In this document: one piece after another, positions 18,302-20,981 of the stretch
How positions within the stretch are numbered: the stretch's first letter is position 1
Layout of the letters: the number at the start of each line of letters is the position of its first letter
IMG/VR virus record: IMGVR_UViG_2529293049_000007
Direction: 5' to 3' (one strand)
Source: a virus
Lineage: Duplodnaviria > Heunggongvirae > Uroviricota > Caudoviricetes
Length of the DNA: 20,981 bases
Translations under genes and position numbers: made by a program
The notes under the pieces: generated by a model
What the model was told of the DNA's origin: nothing
The model's input: only the letters and a program-made list of their open reading frames with translations
Databases searched by the model: none

Positions 18302-19883
18302 GTGGTGTTGTCTCCTCTTCCGGCCTGCGACTCTCCGCTATCTGCTGCTGATACGCCTGCGCTATCCACACCGGACGTGAGAGTCCGGCTTTTTCCCGCT
18401 CTGCAGATTCCCTGACCTGCTGGCGGAAAATGTCCTGATAATCCTCGCCCATCAGCGCCAGCTCTTTCTCATACGTGCTCAGTCCGGCCTCAATGCGCAT
18501 CACTGATTCCTGAACCTCCTTGAGCCCGTCAATGGCCATTCTTCCGGCTCCAATCCACTCAGCCCGTGACCAGGCTGATCGCGCCTGATAAAAATCAAAA
18601 CGTGCCCGTGGCGGACGAATAATCCCCCGAAGAAGTGCCTCTTCCAGCCAGCAGGAAAACATCTGCGTGGCCAGCCGGGACGCAATAAATTTTCGCCGCC
18701 CCATAAAATAGCGCCACGACTCATTGGCGGATGCGCGGGCACTTGAATAACTGACCTTCGAGTAATCACGGGACAACTGTTCGTAGGAAACGCCAAGACC
18801 GGCGGCGATATACCGCAGCAGCGCCTGTTCAAGCGCCGAAAATCCATTGTCTGAATCCTGCGCGGTCTGAAGTTTCAGATCATCACCGGGGAAAAGGTGC
18901 GGAATTTTGACACCGCCCAGCGTCACGCTATTCGTGTCATACCAGGTGGAGAACTTATCCAGAATATTAATAAGCGGATTATCCTTCTGCCCCTGCGGCG
19001 CACCGGCGATATATTCAAAGGCCTTTTCGGTATCAAGGTCACTTTCAATCGTCGCTGCATACATCGCCTTCACTATGGCCGACTGAAGCTGTGTTGCCTG
19101 CAGGGAATCCAGCATCTTCAGCCGTTCCATAACGCTGTAAAACTGATTGGCTCCACGGGTCTGCCCGTCCTCCACCGGCTCGAAAATATGCAGCATGGCC
19201 GGACGCCCGGTGGGAAGTTCACGCGGGATCCGTTCCCATCGTCCACTCCCGGAGCGAGGAAAATCATCCTCACAGATATGGTACGCAACGGCACGGCCAT
19301 ATCGATCAACCTCCACACCGGCCCGCAGAAAACGGTTCCCGATACCGTGTCCTGGCGTGTCCACCCGTTTCGGACTCACGGCTTTAAAACGCGTACGAAA
19401 CAGTTGCGTGCTCTCCGTATCCCAGACCGGCTGCACAAAGATTTCGCCGTTAAACGCATGAACGCCCACACCTTCACGGATAAATTCCGTAAACGTGCGT
19501 TTCCCTTCCACGTCGATCTCACCAAACATCCCTTCTGCGTATTCTGACCAGGCCGCCTCCACCTCATCGACAAAACTTTTTGCCGCGGTCTCCCGCATCC
19601 CCAGCCAGCGCCAGTTCGGACGGTAGCTAATCAGAAACATATGCCCGACAATGTGATCCTTATGCAGGGCCACCGCATTGGCCGCTATTCCGTTATTGCG
19701 CACCAGATCATCTGCCCGGGCATTCCCCAGACGCAACGCGGGCAGCAGGGCCGCATCGGCACTCTGCGCCGGTGGCAACCACTCAGCCATTTGCCCGCCA
19801 AATCCTGCACCGCCCCCGTTGTAGCTGAGACTATCACGAAGCGGAACGCCGTTCACATCAATCAGGACAGGCGTTCGTTTCAT
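18291..19883 (-). CDS. B: portal protein B
   Basis: 530-aa ORF (lambda gpB is 533 aa) after W; contains the conserved ..GNARADDLVRNNG..WRWLGMRET.. block. Confidence 0.95.
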   Translation of the reverse strand: MKRTPVLIDVNGVPLRDSLSYNGGGAGFGGQMAEWLPPAQSADAALLPALRLGNARADDLVRNNGIAANAVALHKDHIVGHMFLISYRPNWRWLGMRETAAKSFVDEVEAAWSEYAEGMFGEIDVEGKRTFTEFIREGVGVHAFNGEIFVQPVWDTESTQLFRTRFKAVSPKRVDTPGHGIGNRFLRAGVEVDRYGRAVAYHICEDDFPRSGSGRWERIPRELPTGRPAMLHIFEPVEDGQTRGANQFYSVMERLKMLDSLQATQLQSAIVKAMYAATIESDLDTEKAFEYIAGAPQGQKDNPLINILDKFSTWYDTNSVTLGGVKIPHLFPGDDLKLQTAQDSDNGFSALEQALLRYIAAGLGVSYEQLSRDYSKVSYSSARASANESWRYFMGRRKFIASRLATQMFSCWLEEALLRGIIRPPRARFDFYQARSAWSRAEWIGAGRMAIDGLKEVQESVMRIEAGLSTYEKELALMGEDYQDIFRQQVRESAEREKAGLSRPVWIAQAYQQQIAESRRPEEETTPRET

Positions 19884-20086
19884 AACCTCACTCCCAGCGG
19901 ACGACGGCGACGCCGGGTTGTCCCCAGTACCGACTCCGCATCATTGATCGCCCGGTTAAGCTCATCCAGAGAAGCCGCCGTATATTCAATTCTGCGACCA
20001 TCTTTCTGGACAGACACCACCCGTTTACCGGTTAATAAATCAAGGCGCGCCTGACGCAGCGCCTGTAGTTCAGCGACTGTAACCAT
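19880..20086 (-). CDS. W: head-tail joining protein W
   Basis: 68-aa ORF, same length as lambda gpW, with ..LTGKRVVSVQKDGRRIEYTA..; GGAGGAG RBS; overlaps the A stop and the B start. Confidence 0.9.
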   Translation of the reverse strand: MVTVAELQALRQARLDLLTGKRVVSVQKDGRRIEYTAASLDELNRAINDAESVLGTTRRRRRPLGVRL

Positions 20087-20981
20087 TCACTCCTCCGGAC
20101 AGCTTCGCTGCCAGTTCTTTAAGGGTTGGCCGGGTCGTCTCTTCTTCCCGGGATTTTGCCAGTACAGCCAGATCAAGCTGCCAGCGTTGCACGGACACAC
20201 GTAATGCCGCGTAGGCATACACCAGGCAGTCCAGCGCTTCGTTACGCCGCTTTTTGTTATCCCACAGCAGACGCATCTTTCCTTTTTCCCACTTCTCCAC
20301 AAGCTCTTCCGCGACCAGTTGCTGCGCCTCTGTCTGCGAAAAAATCTCCGGATCATCAGGAAAACGGATGGCATACGACGTGGCTTCATCCACAGGCGTG
20401 GGATCGGCTTTCATACGGGCATAGAGAATTTCTTTTGCGGTGTCCGTCCCCACTTCACACAGATACACGCCCCGCTGATTGCGGGTTTTTGGCATGGTGA
20501 TCACCGGCTTGCCATAGACAGATGCGCCTTTTACCGGCAGCACCCGGAAAACACCGTGTTTTTTTGACCTCTGATAAACGATTTCGCCATCGATCCCCCC
20601 GATGTCCCAGCAGACACGGGAAATAGTCATTTCGGTTCCGTCTGCATGGCGGTATTTTTTGTTGATCGCCGCATCCAAACGTAACAGCGTCTCTTCCTCA
20701 TCGGGACGCCCCATAATGATGATTTTATCCACCAGAAAGGCTTCCTCTCCCGGAGCCCATCCCCAGACATACATCTCGAAACGGTTTCGCTGCGAGTCAA
20801 TGCCCGCCGTCAGATAAACCACCCGGGCAGGCACCGCCGCCGTGTAACGCACAACCTTATCCATCAGTACCTGGTGATCGAGTTTTTCGCCCACGGCCTC
20901 TTCCCAGGTCTCGCCCAGCGTGGTGTTCACAAAGGTTTTCAGGCCGTTGGGATCTTTCAGTGCATCCAGCCAGTCATAGAC
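20070..20981 (-). CDS. A: terminase large subunit A, C-terminal ~300 codons (5' end lies beyond the window)
   Basis: Frame stays open up to the window edge at 20981 (the GTG at 20930 is internal); position immediately upstream of W as in lambda. Confidence 0.85.
   Translation of the reverse strand, partial: VYDWLDALKDPNGLKTFVNTTLGETWEEAVGEKLDHQVLMDKVVRYTAAVPARVVYLTAGIDSQRNRFEMYVWGWAPGEEAFLVDKIIIMGRPDEEETLLRLDAAINKKYRHADGTEMTISRVCWDIGGIDGEIVYQRSKKHGVFRVLPVKGASVYGKPVITMPKTRNQRGVYLCEVGTDTAKEILYARMKADPTPVDEATSYAIRFPDDPEIFSQTEAQQLVAEELVEKWEKGKMRLLWDNKKRRNEALDCLVYAYAALRVSVQRWQLDLAVLAKSREEETTRPTLKELAAKLSGGVNGYSR

Overview
Almost the whole window (788..20981, minus strand) is the late virion-morphogenesis operon of a lambda-like siphovirus or prophage, in the same gene order as phage lambda: A (5' end cut by the window), W, B, C with nested nu3, D, E, FI, FII, Z, U, V, G and G-T, H, M, L, K, I, J, lom, a collagen-repeat side tail fiber (stf), and one overlapping ORF of unknown function. 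The left ~790 bp carries two small plus-strand cargo genes convergent with the phage operon: a DinI-family gene and a short YkgJ-like Cys-cluster gene. I found no rRNA, tRNA, CRISPR array, integrase or transposase. I did not find a convincing multi-gene novel system; the most unusual parts are the tail-fiber end (stf plus the overlapping unknown ORF) and the small cargo block with its duplicated 3' motif and 22-bp palindrome. All homology statements are from reading the translations and from memory of the lambda proteins; no database search was run.
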